Assembly (NCBI GenBank): GCA_964016885.1
Contig: OZ024743.1
Coordinates: 115,568,001 to 115,632,000 of the forward strand
Reading direction: 5' to 3'
DNA from: Eledone cirrhosa
Lineage: Eukaryota
Length of the DNA: 64,000 nucleotides
In this document: positions 37,410 through 51,138 of the stretch, one piece after another
Layout: each line of letters begins with the position of its first letter
Numbering within the stretch: position 1 is the stretch's first letter
Translations under genes and position numbers: made by a program
Notes under the pieces: model-generated
Database searches by the model: none
Seen by the model: only the letters and a program-made list of their open reading frames with translations
What the model was told of the DNA's origin: nothing

Positions 37410-40400
37410 TATTATTATTGTTCTTTGAGTCTTAATCATTGATGATATTTAACTGGAAAGTTTGTTGAAATGAATATCATGCCGCTACCTGCAGCCTCAG
37501 ACATACAGGATGTATCGGGGGGTTCTTGCTGTTCACAGCAAGCATGCCTTTTGAAGTGTTTCAAAAAACGGGGCTGGACTAATCTCCTTTAACCATCCTT
37601 GAAAACTCTTTGTGATAGTACCTAGTGCTACTATGACAATCAGAACGACCTTGATCCCATGGCAGTTACAAATCCCTTTTAACTCCCAATTTAAATACAT
37701 GTATCGGTTAATTTTCCCCCCTCTCCTTTTCTTCCACTCTTGTGGCAAAGGGGCAGGCTACATCTACAATCAGGCACGATCTTTTTTCTTGTCAAAAACC
37801 ACCAGGCCAGGGCTATTTTTTTCTAATTTCTTGTCCGTCTGTATCCTAAAATCCATAGCACCTTCACTTGATCGTTTTCTTTCACCGATTCTGGCTTATG
37901 CTCATAAAACTTCTCAGAATATTTTAAATTGTTTACTTTGCATAGATGCCAGTGAGGTACCTTTCCTATCATATCATGTCTCCAGCCTTTGTAGTGAGTC
38001 TGGGCTAGGTGTTTACACTCGGATACAATGTGAGCCACAGTCTCCTTTCTCTCTTCCACAGATCCTACACAGTTAGCTAGCCTCATTCTTGTAACTATGG
38101 TGTTTCACCCACTTCGTTCTGAGGTCCTGCTCTTGCGCAGCCATTAGCATTCCTTCTGTAGCCTTTTAAAGGTCTCCTATTTTTAACCAGTTCCATGTTG
38201 TGGATCTCTAAATTCAGTTTTCTTAAAGAAGATACTATGAAGAGATTTTTCATGAAGGTTGCTCTTGCTCCTCGTTGTTATTTCTTCCTTGGACATCCTC
38301 TGGTCTATTGTCTTCTCCTTCAGTACAATTTTGAGCATTGGCTCCCTACTGTCTGCCATATATTTGTGCAGACTATTTTTCTCCACCTGAACACAGTCCT
38401 CTATGCTGATAAGACCTCTTCCACCTTCAGATCTACTTAAGTAGAGTCTATAGACATCACTCCTCTTGTGAAAAATGTTGTAGATAGCCAATAGCTTCCT
38501 AGTCTTCCTATCCATTTTTTCCCGCACTGTACCTAATAATATACACAGCTCGGGAATATACTGCGCTTATGACATTCCTACTATTTAGATGTGATTTTAA
38601 TACGCTCCTTACTCTCCTAATGTACTCAGATATTATCAATTCCTTCAGTTTTTTGTTCTTGATGTCATCTGTCTCCAGAACACGTAAATATTTGTATCCT
38701 TCTTCAGTGTCAATTTCCTTTATCATCTCACCTGTTGGTACCTGGATTCCGTTGCTCTGCTCAATTTACCCCTCTTCATCACAGGACTCCGCACTTATTA
38801 ATACCAAATTCCATACATATATAATTGCGGAAAATACGGACCGTGTCACCAAGTACATCCCACTTCTTCTCACTCTCCCAAAGAGTTTAAGATCGTCCAT
38901 GTAGAGGAGGTGGTTGATGGTAAGCTCTCCTTTTACCAACTTGTATCCTGCCCTCACTTTTCGCAATATAATGGTCAGGGGTATCAGGGCAAGGACAAAC
39001 AGAAGAGAGTACACACTATACCCCTGGAAGATACCTCTCTTGATATTCACGCCTCCCAATGGTTTCCCACCCGATGTTAACTCTGTTTCCCAGGACTTCA
39101 TACTTTTGCTCAACAACTGTCTGATGTTATCTGCCACCTTGAAGGTCTCTAGGCTTTTAGTTATCCAAGAATGAGGTACCATGTCGAATGCCTTTTTGTA
39201 ATCTATCCATCCCATGGCAAGACCAGTGTGTCTTCTATTGCAATTCTTCATTGCCATCTCATCAATAAGTAACTTGTCTTTTGTACCACGGGACTTCTTT
39301 GGGTATATTTTCTGTTCGTCTGGTAACAAGTTGTTTATGTTGAGGTGATGGTAGATTTCCTCAGACACAATGCCTGTCAACAGTTTCCATATTACGGACA
39401 GTCATGTGATAGGTCTATAGTTGGTAACATCATTACCCTTGATTTGGTCTTTCATTACCAGAACTGTGGTACCTTTTGTCAACCACTCTGGTACCTCACC
39501 TGACAGCAAGCAGTCATTGAACATGGTTGTCAGTTTCGGGTGGAAGGATGTTATATTTTTAATCCAATACCCCTGCACACCATCTGGGTCTGGTGATTTC
39601 CAGTTGGTTAGTTTTTTGGCCTGCCCCTTAAGAGTTTCAACTGTGATACTCAAATCAGTATGTTGGTGTGCCTGTCTACTAATCTCCTTTTGTACTGTCT
39701 CAATCCACACTGCCTGATCATTATGTTTAACATCCTGCTCCCATATTCCTCTCCAGAATGTCTTAGTTTGTTCCGCCTCAGGGATCAAGTCGTTGCCTCT
39801 TTCTTTCACCTCAAGCTGTCCAAACAACATCTTCTGGCTGTTGTCAAACATGTGGTTCTGTATATACTGACTGACTCTGCTCTCATACCGCCTAATCTTT
39901 GCACTTTTTGCTACAATGCATTGCTTCAGTTCCTCTATGATAATATTTAGCTTTTCCCTCCTAGTTTTGTACTTTATTTCCAGTCTATTTTTAGTGTCTA
40001 TGTTTTGTAAGGTCCCATTCAGTAGGGACTCAAGCTTTCGAATGTCTTTTCTAATTTCCTTGATTTGACCATTCAGTCGTTTCTTCCACCAAGGTTCTGA
40101 TCTTTCTTGTTTTTTGTTTCCTCTCGTTTTTATGCCAAGTAATTTGCTCACCGCATTTGCTGCTGCTTTGAGTATATTGTTGCATTGGTGAAGGTTCCTC
40201 GCCTCAAGGTATGGGATGACTTTGTTTACCTTAGCTGTTGTTTCTTTTAACTTTTTCCTGTCTACAAATCTTAGGTTCATAGGTTTCCCACTATCATTGT
40301 TCATTTCATCTACCACTATGTTTAGGATATCAACCAAATCTTGTCCTAGCCCGTCAGCATTCATTTCCTCAATGGCCACATCTTTGTTCCAGATGTATTT

Positions 40401-41633
40401 ATGTCAACATTCAGATCATTGTCAACCTCTTCACCTTCATTTCCCACTGGCTCGTTTGCCTGGCATACTCCACTCTCCATTTCCAACCTAATCTCTCTGC
40501 TCAGTTCCTCCAGTTCCAACTCGCTTATCTATCCATTAGTTCTATTACCCGAGCCTGCCCGGCATATATTTATTCATCTAATTTAAATAGACCAATCTAG
40601 TTCCAGATGTTATGCATTCGTTTCCTATAGTCTTTTTCCTTGGGGTTATTCTTCAGGTAACATTGCATAACAGTTCTATTCAATTCTTTCGTCGAGTTGG
40701 TTCTTGTCCTTTTCCTTCTTCCTCCAACACCAGCAGTATTTCGCTGACAGCCAGGTCCCTGCTGCTGGGCCAGGGAGCACTTGCTGAGTGAGAGTCTGTC
40801 ACATAACGTTCCACTCTCCTCTTCACCGTTATTCGAACTGTTTAGCTTCGACATTTAAACACGCATATCGAGGATTGGTGAATGTATGGTTACATAACAA
40901 CCGGCGATTTCATCACCCCCAGTGATTTCATCACCTCCAGCGATTTCATCACCTCCGGTGATTTTAGTGTGACACCATTACGCTGTAGACGAACATAAAT
41001 AAATAAACAAATAAATAGATAAAAACTTAAAAAAATAAACATGTTTCATTGTAATGTTTGAATGTCTGACTTTGTTTTTTTTGTTTGTTTGTTTTTTACT
41101 TTGCATTTTTCGTGGTTCAAGGCCAGTAACATCGGTTACTAGTGTTGTTGTTGCTGCTACTACTATCTTTTGATACCTACCACGCTTCTTTTCATGTGTA
41201 GCGGCACTACCGCTATCCCTGTCTTAAGTAGCAAGGGAATAGTGGTAGTAGCGATGATGCAGGGGTGGCGGTGGTGATGGGATAGCAGTACTATAGGGAC
41301 GGTGCTGGTTTGTATTTGGCTAGATTTTTTTGTGGTAGTGGTGATGGTGATGGTCGCGGCGGCGGTGGTGGTGTTGGTGGTGAAGTTATTTGGCTGTTGT
41401 TTTCTAGCCATTTTCTTTTCTGACTATAACATTGTTACTACACAATTAAATATTACATATTGGAGCCCTATGCCATAATGTGATATATTGCCACTTCCCG
41501 AGAGAGAAGACTGATATCTTATTATCCATTTGTAATAAGAATTATTCTATCACAATTGTTTTAAATATGTAAACAATCAAAAACTTACGGGGGTGATTCC
41601 ATAACACTCTATCCACGATGTGCGTAAATTCCC
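37410..41633 (-). mobile_element. Decayed R4/Dong-type RLE element, family B (near full-length)
   Basis: Fragments EPWWKKRL, NWKSPDPDG, WIDYKKAFDMVPH, LLYMDDLKLF, GGRGL, ETVAHIVSEC and a C-terminal RLE; many stops and frameshifts; leader homologous to family A. Confidence 0.85.
40903..40963. repeat. 18-bp tandem repeat x3 (gcgatttcatcacctcca) in the family B leader
   Basis: Direct reading. Confidence 0.85.
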
Positions 41634-41650
41634 TTATATTATTGTTATAG

Positions 41651-42710
41651 TTGCATTTATCTTCCTTTATGTTCATACGAGTTATCACCAAGTCACAACC
41701 AGTGACCTCAAGAGACAACAAGGTCCGCCATGTTCAAGAAAGAACATACATACACACACATGCATCTTTAGGTGTTTAGACTTGTGATGTACTTATATTT
41801 ACAGAATCTTCCTTAGTATATGGGCAGTTCCCATTAGTACTATCTTTTGTATTTCTCCTATACACGGGTTTCCTGGGATTTTCGATAAGGAATCATTAGA
41901 CCCCTTAGATATCATTCCTAGAGCGCCTACAACCACTGGTATTGTTTTAGTTCTCAATTTCCACATTTTTACAATTTCTATCTCCAGGTCCTTATTCTTA
42001 CTCAATTTTTCAAATGTTTTTATAGATACATTCTTGTCTATTGGAACGGACATATCAATTAGCAGGCATACCCTCTTTTTAAAGTCCTTCAGTATTATAT
42101 CAGGTCTATTTGCATCTATTTTTAGGTCTGTTTGGATGCTAAAGTTCCACAAGATTGAGATGTGATCTTTTTCAAGTATGTGTGGTGGTTGATGCTCCCA
42201 CCAATTCTTTTGATGGGGCAGGTCAAAATGTTTACACATTATCCAATGTATGTATTGTGCAGCTCTGTCATGCCTGTTTAGGTATTCGGTTGGAGCTATA
42301 GGACTGCACATTGAAATTATATGGTCAATGGTCTCTGGTTGTTTTTTGCATACACGGCATAATGTGTTGCATCCAATTTTTATTATGTTGGTAATATTTT
42401 GTTGGCAGACACTGATCTTGTGCTGATATAATCAGTCCTTCCGTCTCCGATTTCAGTCCAGAGGATGCCAACCACTGATGGGTTAAAGTTTTGTCAACAT
42501 CAGGATTGTTAGCTCGCTCTGGGTATTTTTCATACAGAGGCTTTTCTTGGCATTTCTTAGCCAGTATCTGTAGCAGTTCTTTCTTTGCAGTTACTTTTAC
42601 CTGCTTTGCTTTTTCTGTGTTTTCCATTTCAGCAGTAAATGGGACTTCTGAAATTTGTAGTCCATTACTGTATCTTTGTGCATCTTTTGTAATGGAATAT
42701 GATCTTTTGA
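41651..42710 (-). mobile_element. 5'-truncated R4/Dong family A copy (RLE domain and 3' UTR)
   Basis: ORFs 42325-42627 and 41799-42311 are nearly identical to 15410-16337; (AAT)n at the 5' junction. Confidence 0.92.
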
Positions 42711-42764
<54 letters not shown>

Positions 42765-42775
42765 CACTATCGTTT

Positions 42776-42806
<31 letters not shown>

Positions 42807-42844
42807 TATATATATATATATAAATATATATATATTTATATATA

Positions 42845-43705
42845 TATATATATATAAAACTGAGGATGTCTGTCTCTGTGTGTGACTTTGAATCCCTAAA
42901 ACTCGAGGAGCAGCCAACCGACTGTTTTCAAACTTTACACATGTAATACTTATGTTTTCAATGCCCTAGGGACCGCATTAGGCGATTTAGCGATATCTCT
43001 CTATAATTCTTAGTCTTTCTCTTTTTAGATAGATACATATATATAACATCGCGCCCTTATAATATCTGTCTGTATGTCTAGCTGTCTGCATTAAGTCACT
43101 TTCCTGAGGATGTCTGTCTGCGAGTTTGAATCACTAAAACTCGTGAAGTACCCAACCGAAATTTTTCAAACTTTACAGGTGTATTACGTATGTTTCAGGG
43201 AGTGTTATGCACATAACAACTTTTAATCCCCTAGTGCCCGCATTAGGTGAAAAACTGCGTTTTTTCAGGTTTTTAGGTTTTTTTTTAGGCGTTACGCCAG
43301 ACCGATTTCCTTGAAATTGTAACTATGTATTAGTCAGTCTCTTCTTCATAACGTGAGCAAAGAAAATTCAACTTTTTATGGCCTAGGGCTAGCATTAGGT
43401 GAAAAGCTTCATTTTTTTCAGCTTTTTAGGGCTTTTTTGAGGTGCAACGTCTAGCGGGCTTTCCTGAAATTTCATGGCATTTTATGCACATAAAAACAAT
43501 CCATTCTCTTGATCCCCTATGGCCCACATTAGGTGAAAACCTGCATTTTTTCCTGCTTCATCAATCTTAAAGATTCTCCGACAATTAGAGTATTCGGTTT
43601 ATTTTCTTTACACATTGTTCAGGCATGCAGTTTTTCCACGATTAGGTCTGTTGGCGGCCCGCATGCAAAAGACCTTATCCCGTGCAACGCCGGGTACCAC
43701 TGCTA

Positions 43706-43707
<2 letters not shown>
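42845..43707 (+). mobile_element. Non-autonomous Helitron
   Basis: 3' hairpin cccgtgcaacgccggg followed by CTAG|T; 5' part homologous to 3553-3820; internal duplications. Confidence 0.8.
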
Positions 43708-43786
<79 letters not shown>

Positions 43787-44282
43787 ATACATACGTATGC
43801 TCAGATGACTTTAGCATGTGTGACTTTTGGAACTATATTATCCCAAACACTGATCCTTAAAGAGTTAAAACTGTGATGGTCGACGAAAGAAAAAGTTAAA
43901 TTTCTGGTATAAAGAATAAATCAAGAAAATTGTTAATATGATGATGTAATATACAATAGGCTGAAAATAATTACATATCATTATGTATACCCATATGGAT
44001 ATTTCATGATAGTTATTGGATGAAATTTTAATGTTAACATGCAATAATGGAGAGTGACATATAAAAAAAAATATTAAATTGAATTTTAGGGTAGCATAAT
44101 TTAAATAAGCTCTAGCCTATAGATAAAGCAGTAGATAGGGTATGGTAATGACGTGTAATGAGCGAACACCTGCAAATTACGTGTAAATATGCTGAAAATG
44201 AATCACAGATATATGGACATACATACATGCATTCATAGATACATAGATACATAGATACATAGATACATACATACATACATAT

Positions 44283-44380
<98 letters not shown>

Positions 44381-44935
44381 ATGTATGTATATATGTCTGT
44401 GTGTAAACTAATATATATATATATATATATTAATCATATGTTCATTAGTCTCTAATACTTACAGATCTCAAAGAATTGATAAAATCTATAGATAAGATAT
44501 CACTCAGAGAACCATTAGTACATATTGAGTTTAAGTGAAACAAAACTCTATTTTGAGGCGTTATACGCCAGAGAGACAAAAACAAAATTAGTTAGTCTCG
44601 TTTCTATAAAGATCTCCCTACGATGCTTTCGTTTTCAAATACAAATATTAAAAAAATTCGCAATACTTAACAAGGGAGTTTACCTCAAAACTAAGAGGGT
44701 CTATTGATCATGAAATTATACATACGGTTTCAATTGCCGAGGGATCATTTTCAAACATGGATTTCGTTCAACTGAAACTTGAATGGTATTTAACCTGTCT
44801 GAATGATTTATAGAGATAAATATCTTATTCGAGTTGGAATCCCATCTTCACGCATATGTATGTTTTCTGGTACGAAAATAAATATTTATGAACACCACAC
44901 ACACATACACACACACACACATATATTATATATAT

Positions 44936-44995
<60 letters not shown>

Positions 44996-45048
44996 TTTCT
45001 GTATTTGGTTAGCAAGATGCTATATCTGAAAACGTGTGTTGAAACTGA

Positions 45049-45450
45049 TATTGTTATACTTTGGGAGGGTCATGTTGCCAATAAGAAACACACGCACCAG
45101 ATGTTTCACTTCAATTTATTATAAATTAAATTTATAAATTTAGGAATTTATAAATTTCCGGTTGGTTGGTTTGTTCCACAACCAGACGATTGTTAATATA
45201 TTGTCAAAGTTATTTCGTCACACATTCTGTGACCTCTTCAGTGACTAGGGATTCTTTTCTTTGTTTTTGTGCCTCTCCTTTGTTCTGTATTTGACAATAT
45301 ATGAAGAATCGTCTGGTTGTGGAACCAACCAACTAACCGGAAATTTATAAATTCCTAAATTTATAAATGTAATTTATAATAAATTGAAGTGAAAGCAACT
45401 AGTGCATGTGTTTCTTATTGGCAACTTGACCCTCCCAAAGTATAACAATA
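45049..45450. mobile_element. Palindromic element with hammerhead at 45203-45245 (-)
   Basis: 45049-45208 is inverted versus ~45294-45450; minus strand gtca-CTGAAGA-g-gtcaca gaatg tgtgac-GAAA-taac-TT-tgac. Confidence 0.75.
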
Positions 45451-45505
45451 TATATATATAGTGACGAAACATAAGTCAATTGTATGAACTCATAATCCTT
45501 CATTT

Positions 45506-45561
45506 ACTGCTATATATATTTCGATGATAGCCATTGAATGGCTATGATGTCATCAGGCAGT
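45506..45561 (-). ncRNA. Type I hammerhead ribozyme (PLE-tail family of 3488 and 6456)
   Basis: actgc-CTGATGA-catcatagcca ttcaa tggctatcatc-GAAA-tatata-TA-gcagt. Confidence 0.8.
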
Positions 45562-46065
45562 TAGTCACTTCTTAGATATGCCAGCTCTGTGTTTATGGTG
45601 TTGATGGTATCAGAGCCTTGGGACATATGAGCTTGTTAGGGACAATTTAATGTTGTCAGCAGGAATAATCTTAATTTTCATTGGTCAGTTTGTAGATGCT
45701 AGTAGGGTAGGTATTTGACCTCAAACAGGCAGGTGGTGTTGTAAAGTTCAAACCGTCAGGCAAGATGACAATAGTTCCTTATGACTGATTTTCACAAAAA
45801 GCATTCCTGGTCAGATATATATTCAATTGAGGTTTATAGTATGACATTCGATACTACAGGTCATTCTTAAATTGGGGAATTTATGTGGGGTGGTAATACT
45901 GAAAGTTATGGTTAGAGTCGAATACTAGAAAGTTTACATATAAAAATAATTATATTGGTTGACTTGCACATACACTCACACCCACCTCCACAGACACACA
46001 TCCACACATACAAATTGAGAAATTTATGTGGGGTGGTAATACTGAAAATTATGGTAAGATTCAAA

Positions 46066-46254
<189 letters not shown>

Positions 46255-46453
46255 ATATATATTAGAGTGTGCCATGAAAAGCAAGGTCACACTACTAACG
46301 CTCCATTATAAATGCCCCAATTGGTAAAATAAAACATATTTTGTATAAAATAAATTATTGTGATTATAGTGGAAAGTATGATTATGTTGTATGAAATCAT
46401 GAAAATGTGAAACCAACTATGACCAAATAATAATTGTTTATTTTATTAATCCA

Positions 46454-47496
46454 CTAGCATTAAAGCCCGGCGTTGCTCGAGGTCAGTGAGTTCCCAAAGT
46501 TGGGTTGCACCACCCATTTTATGGCACCACTTCTTTGTCTGCCAGGCAATGGGTGAATGAATTGCAGACCTGGACTGCCGAAGCAGGAGCTGGACCAGCA
46601 GTGACAATTGTAATTTCGCCTAGGGATATTATCTCTGTGCAAAGAAGTGTTGAAATTTATTCTTTCACAGTACTTGCGCAACACGCGCGTAGACGATGCC
46701 ACCGAACAACAGAGCTGCGATGGAGTTGTTCTGCATGTTTGTCTATGTGTGTTTTCTAAATTTAAGACAATAGGAGGGGTGTGATATTGACAGAGTTATC
46801 TGCTGTGTCTAGCAGGTTTAGTGACCTCATAGAGGATATGTTTTCTAAATTTAAGACAGTAGGGAGTGGTGTGATATGGGGGGGGGGGAGTTAGCTGGTG
46901 TTTCTAGCAGGTTTAGTGACCTCATAAAGGATAATATTGTGTATAGTAAATGAATTGATACTTTTTTCTTCCACGTTCGTTGATAGATGTTTTAAAAAAG
47001 ATGTATCGCTATTTTTGTGTTGTTGAATAAATTTATCTGGTGCTTTTGAATAATTGTTGTTTTGTATGAAATGTAATAAGTTCTCTTTGTCATTGAAGTA
47101 AATAAATATTTGACCGTTCCACACTCAAAAACAAACGTTCCCTCGCTCTCTCTCACTCTCACTCTCTCTCTCTCTTTCTCTCTCTCTTAAAGTTTGTAAG
47201 TTTAATCGTATATGAGAGAAAGTTGCAGCATGTATGTAGTTTTATCGAATTTTAAGGGGAGTAGGGAGAGAGGTATCAGATTGTACTAGAGGGGTAAAGC
47301 GTCATGTATTTAGTTTTATCGATTATTTCCGTAAATGTGGTGAGTTTGAATGAACTAGTCATTGAGGTAAGTTAGATCATTTACAACATTCTTACAGACT
47401 TTCAGTCGAATCGGTTTGAAGTTGTGCAAATGTATAAACATGGAACATGCGCACACACACACACAAGAACAACAATCTGCCTTTTATAGATAATGA
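46454..47496 (-). mobile_element. Non-autonomous Helitron nested in the hAT element
   Basis: Minus strand 5' A|TC...; 3' hairpin ctcgagcaacgccggg then CTAG|T. Confidence 0.72.
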
Positions 47497-47599
47497 TTAT
47501 ATTTAGTAAACCATATTTGAATATAAAGACGTACAAGGAAGAAACAAGTTCACTTAAGTTAACTCCAGTCTTATTTTTTCAGAGTATCTTTTTTGTAAT

Positions 47600-49850
47600 C
47601 CGGGATCTTGCGAGGGTGAGCTTCGACTACTTGAAGAACATACTGCTTCTCCCCCTCATTCTTGGTGATGGTAACACAATTAGTTATCAATTTGACTGCT
47701 CTCTCCGCCAGATCGTTGACTACCTTGATATTGTGAACAACAGCACATGCATTTTGATATGGCGCTTGTAATCACCAAGTTGCAGGTGACAGCTGAAGCC
47801 AAGTATCGTCGAGAACAAGGCGATCGAACAGAAGACTAGATTTCTTCCCAACTAGATGAGGCAGCTTCGTGGACGACTTCAACTCGGGAAATACTGAAGC
47901 ACCTTGGTCGAGAGGCCCAGATGTTTTCGTTTTGACAAGACCTTGGGCTATTTGTTTCTTCTCGGAAATAGGACCCGACTTGAAAACAGCGCTAGAGGAA
48001 TGGCTTCCTCCGTCAGGTACCAAAGATGCCTGCTCAGAGCAGTAGTGGCTGCCCGCGAGAGATCTCTGTCAACCTTACTCTACTGTGTCAACTCCACGTA
48101 GAATTGAAGGTCATTGGATGGTGCATCATCATACTTGACTCCTGTCAGCCAGTATCACACGTAGAACAGAGCATTGAACATAGCATTGAACGGCGCAACT
48201 TTTCTATTTTAGCTTGATCATAATAGAGTCGCTCACCAAATGCATACATCTTTGCACTAAAGATGATTGTGGACATCAACCGAGCATTATGATGTGCACC
48301 AGGCAGAATCCAATGAATTCCACGAGGAGGAGTGACACCAAGCAAGATCAACATCAACTCGGCACATTCTCGGTAGTCGTCCCGTGGAAGAGAACTCATT
48401 TTCCCATCGTCGGATGTCAGCAAATCTTGGAGGAACTTGATGTTCTCAGAACACAGGCGCTTGAGTCTCCGGTCAACAATGTTCAATGTTTTAAAGTTAA
48501 TCTCGTCACCCAAACTTTTTTTAACTCCTTGAACTCTAGGGTGTCTGAACTGGACATTGCTCCGAATAGTTGTTTCCACACTGCACACAGGATACGCTCC
48601 ATGGTGCCTACAAGCAAAAATAAACACCTTTTTGTTGAGCATCTCTTCTAGTTTCACTCAGGCACCATTTTTCCATCCAGAATTCGAAGCAGTTGTGTCG
48701 AAGACCAAGCCCACCACAGACCCATCCAATCTTTAACAAGATCAAATGATGCTTTGGCTTGGGTGCTTCCAATGCCATCAGGAATTATGGGAACATCTAG
48801 GAGTTTACCTTTTCTGAAATCCGGAGTTCCAGCAACTAGCAGAGCTAGCTTCTCGTGGTCACCAAGAATTATTTTGCCTTTCCAATGCAAGGTAACAAAG
48901 TCTGGTGCAGCAAATTGTTCCTTTATGTGTTCATCCCCCACAGTTCCGATCATCTTAGCTGTAGTGGCGCTTATGTCAGTCTCACTCTAAGAAATAATCG
49001 ATGCCATAAATGCTGTTCTCTGGCCCAGTGACAGGTTTAAACGATCAGCCATTAGAGACATTTTTGGACTTTGAAATGGATTCTTTGGGAGTTCCAGCTG
49101 AATTTTTCGTTTCTTGTCTGACTTTGAGCTGTCTCTGGGTGGGTTTGAGTCCTGAAATTCAGGATCCAGTTCATCTTCAGTTTCATGATTGGCTGAACTT
49201 GAATCACTCAGTTCATTACGTGGAAGTTGTGCTGCTACAGATCCTGACAAACGCTTTCTATGGTACTCTGACTCTCGACGAGCCACAGAAACCTGATCAC
49301 GCTTAAACTCTGAAGATACCATTTTCTGGTAACCCTTGTCTTCAGCATCCAGAGATACTTTTTTCTGGCAAATCTACGAGAAATGTAGCATCTTCCATAT
49401 TCTGTTCATTATTACGAAGACGGTCTTTCAAAATTTTCTTTTCAGCATCAGTATGTGCAATGTAGAAATACGAAACCAATTCAGAAATAAATAGTGCAAC
49501 TTTCCTTTGTTTGAGTTAGAACCTTTGTTTTTTGTTTGTATATTTCTGTATTCAGTGTACATGTTCATAATTGTAAGTTTCACTTTGTCTTTTCGTTGAG
49601 TCGCCACACCAGCTTTTTCCCACTGACTAACTACTTCCACCAAAAGCCTATCCGCAATAACACCATTGAAGCTCACCTACATTTCGTGTTTCATAGGACC
49701 ATCTTTCAGGTAGAAGAAATATCTTGGAACATCCTCCTTTGTTGGTATTTTGTTTGGTGAAAAGGATGTAACATATTGCCCCAGGAGGTATATTTCTCGA
49801 TCATCACAACGGGGCGAGTAGCTACACTAGGCCCACTGGTTTCCGCCATT
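47600..49850 (-). pseudogene. Fragmented hAT(m)-type transposase
   Basis: FDTTASNSGWKNGA, FACRHH, PRDDYRE and PGAHHNAR motifs spread over frameshifted ORFs. Confidence 0.75.
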
Positions 49851-50004
49851 ATTCTGCCAATTTGCAACTATTAGGCAAGGCTTAAATTAGTCTAAAATAA
49901 TCAAAATTACATTAAACATTGATAATATACAAACTTGCATGAGAAAATACATAGGGATCTAAGCAAAAAACACTTTTGTGTAAAATGTGGGATTCTGGAA
50001 CACC

Positions 50005-50039
<35 letters not shown>

Positions 50040-50073
50040 AGATTTGAATGGATACAGTTTAGTTGAAAGGAAT

Positions 50074-50190
50074 TTATTGACACGTGTTTCTATAACAGTT
50101 ACATAACCTAAAACAGCTATCTACAAACTTTTAGTTATGCAGACATTCAATATTTCAATGTTATTGTTTACTGTCATTTCATCAGAATAA
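50074..50190 (-). ncRNA. Type I hammerhead ribozyme with large branched stem II (left arm)
   Basis: Reverse complement of 55949-56065. Confidence 0.82.
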
Positions 50191-50836
50191 TATTACTGAG
50201 GACCTATTTAGTTTTTATAGAGAATATTAGGAGGAAGGGGTGAAGTTGTTAGAAGAATAGTTGAAGGAGTGGTTTTTCGATAGCAGTGAGAATTCTTGGT
50301 GGCAGTGATTAATTAGATTCCCATCTGTTGTTTTGACATTTTTTATAGAATATATTATTGGTTATTTTTCTAAATCTATAGAAGGATTAGAGATAGTAAA
50401 GATATGCGTGGTTGGTTTTGTGTTTGCACTTAACATTCAGACTTAAATTTTTCTTTCAAGTGTACGTATTCTTTCACCCACGCATTCACACACAAATATA
50501 TTTGCACACCTCTACAAAATACATATACTCACAATTCACATATTCATACTTACATATATATACACATGCATACACATATATATACACACATGTATTCATG
50601 TACATACATACGCGCTCATGTGTATACATTTTCATACTCAACTTATCTTTATATATACACACGTATAGACACACACATATATACATACATACTCTAGTCC
50701 ATGTGTACACACATACACATACATACACATCCATATACACATACATACATACACATATATATATATACATATATACATATACACATATATACATATATAT
50801 ATATATATATATACACATACATATATACACACATAT

Positions 50837-50869
<33 letters not shown>

Positions 50870-51138
50870 AGCACTTTAATACATGAATACACTTACATCT
50901 AACTATACACATCAAACATATATATATATTTACTTATTTATATACATTTTCACATATATATACATACTTATGGACGTTTTTAGACACATTCATTATCGCA
51001 TATTTGTACCTATTCTCATCAGCATATCTTTTCATTATTAGTATGGTAATTTAAGGTTATTAATATATGTTGAGAAGAGATTGTTTTTATATTTTTCTAA
51101 CTAGATTAAGGTTTATATAGTTGGGGGATGTCCCTCTT

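Larger units (their letters stand above)
46263..50007 (-). mobile_element. hATm-like DNA transposon (decayed)
   Basis: Termini TAGAGTGTGCCA / TAGGGTGTTCCA (inverted); flanking 8-bp atatatat on both sides (within TA repeat); transposase remnants inside. Confidence 0.75.

Noticed and set aside
46263-50007. Sola2 or Tc1/mariner assignment
   Set aside because: TAGRGTG termini, a compatible 8-bp TSD and CxxH/AR motifs fit hATm better, though the TSD is ambiguous within (TA)n.
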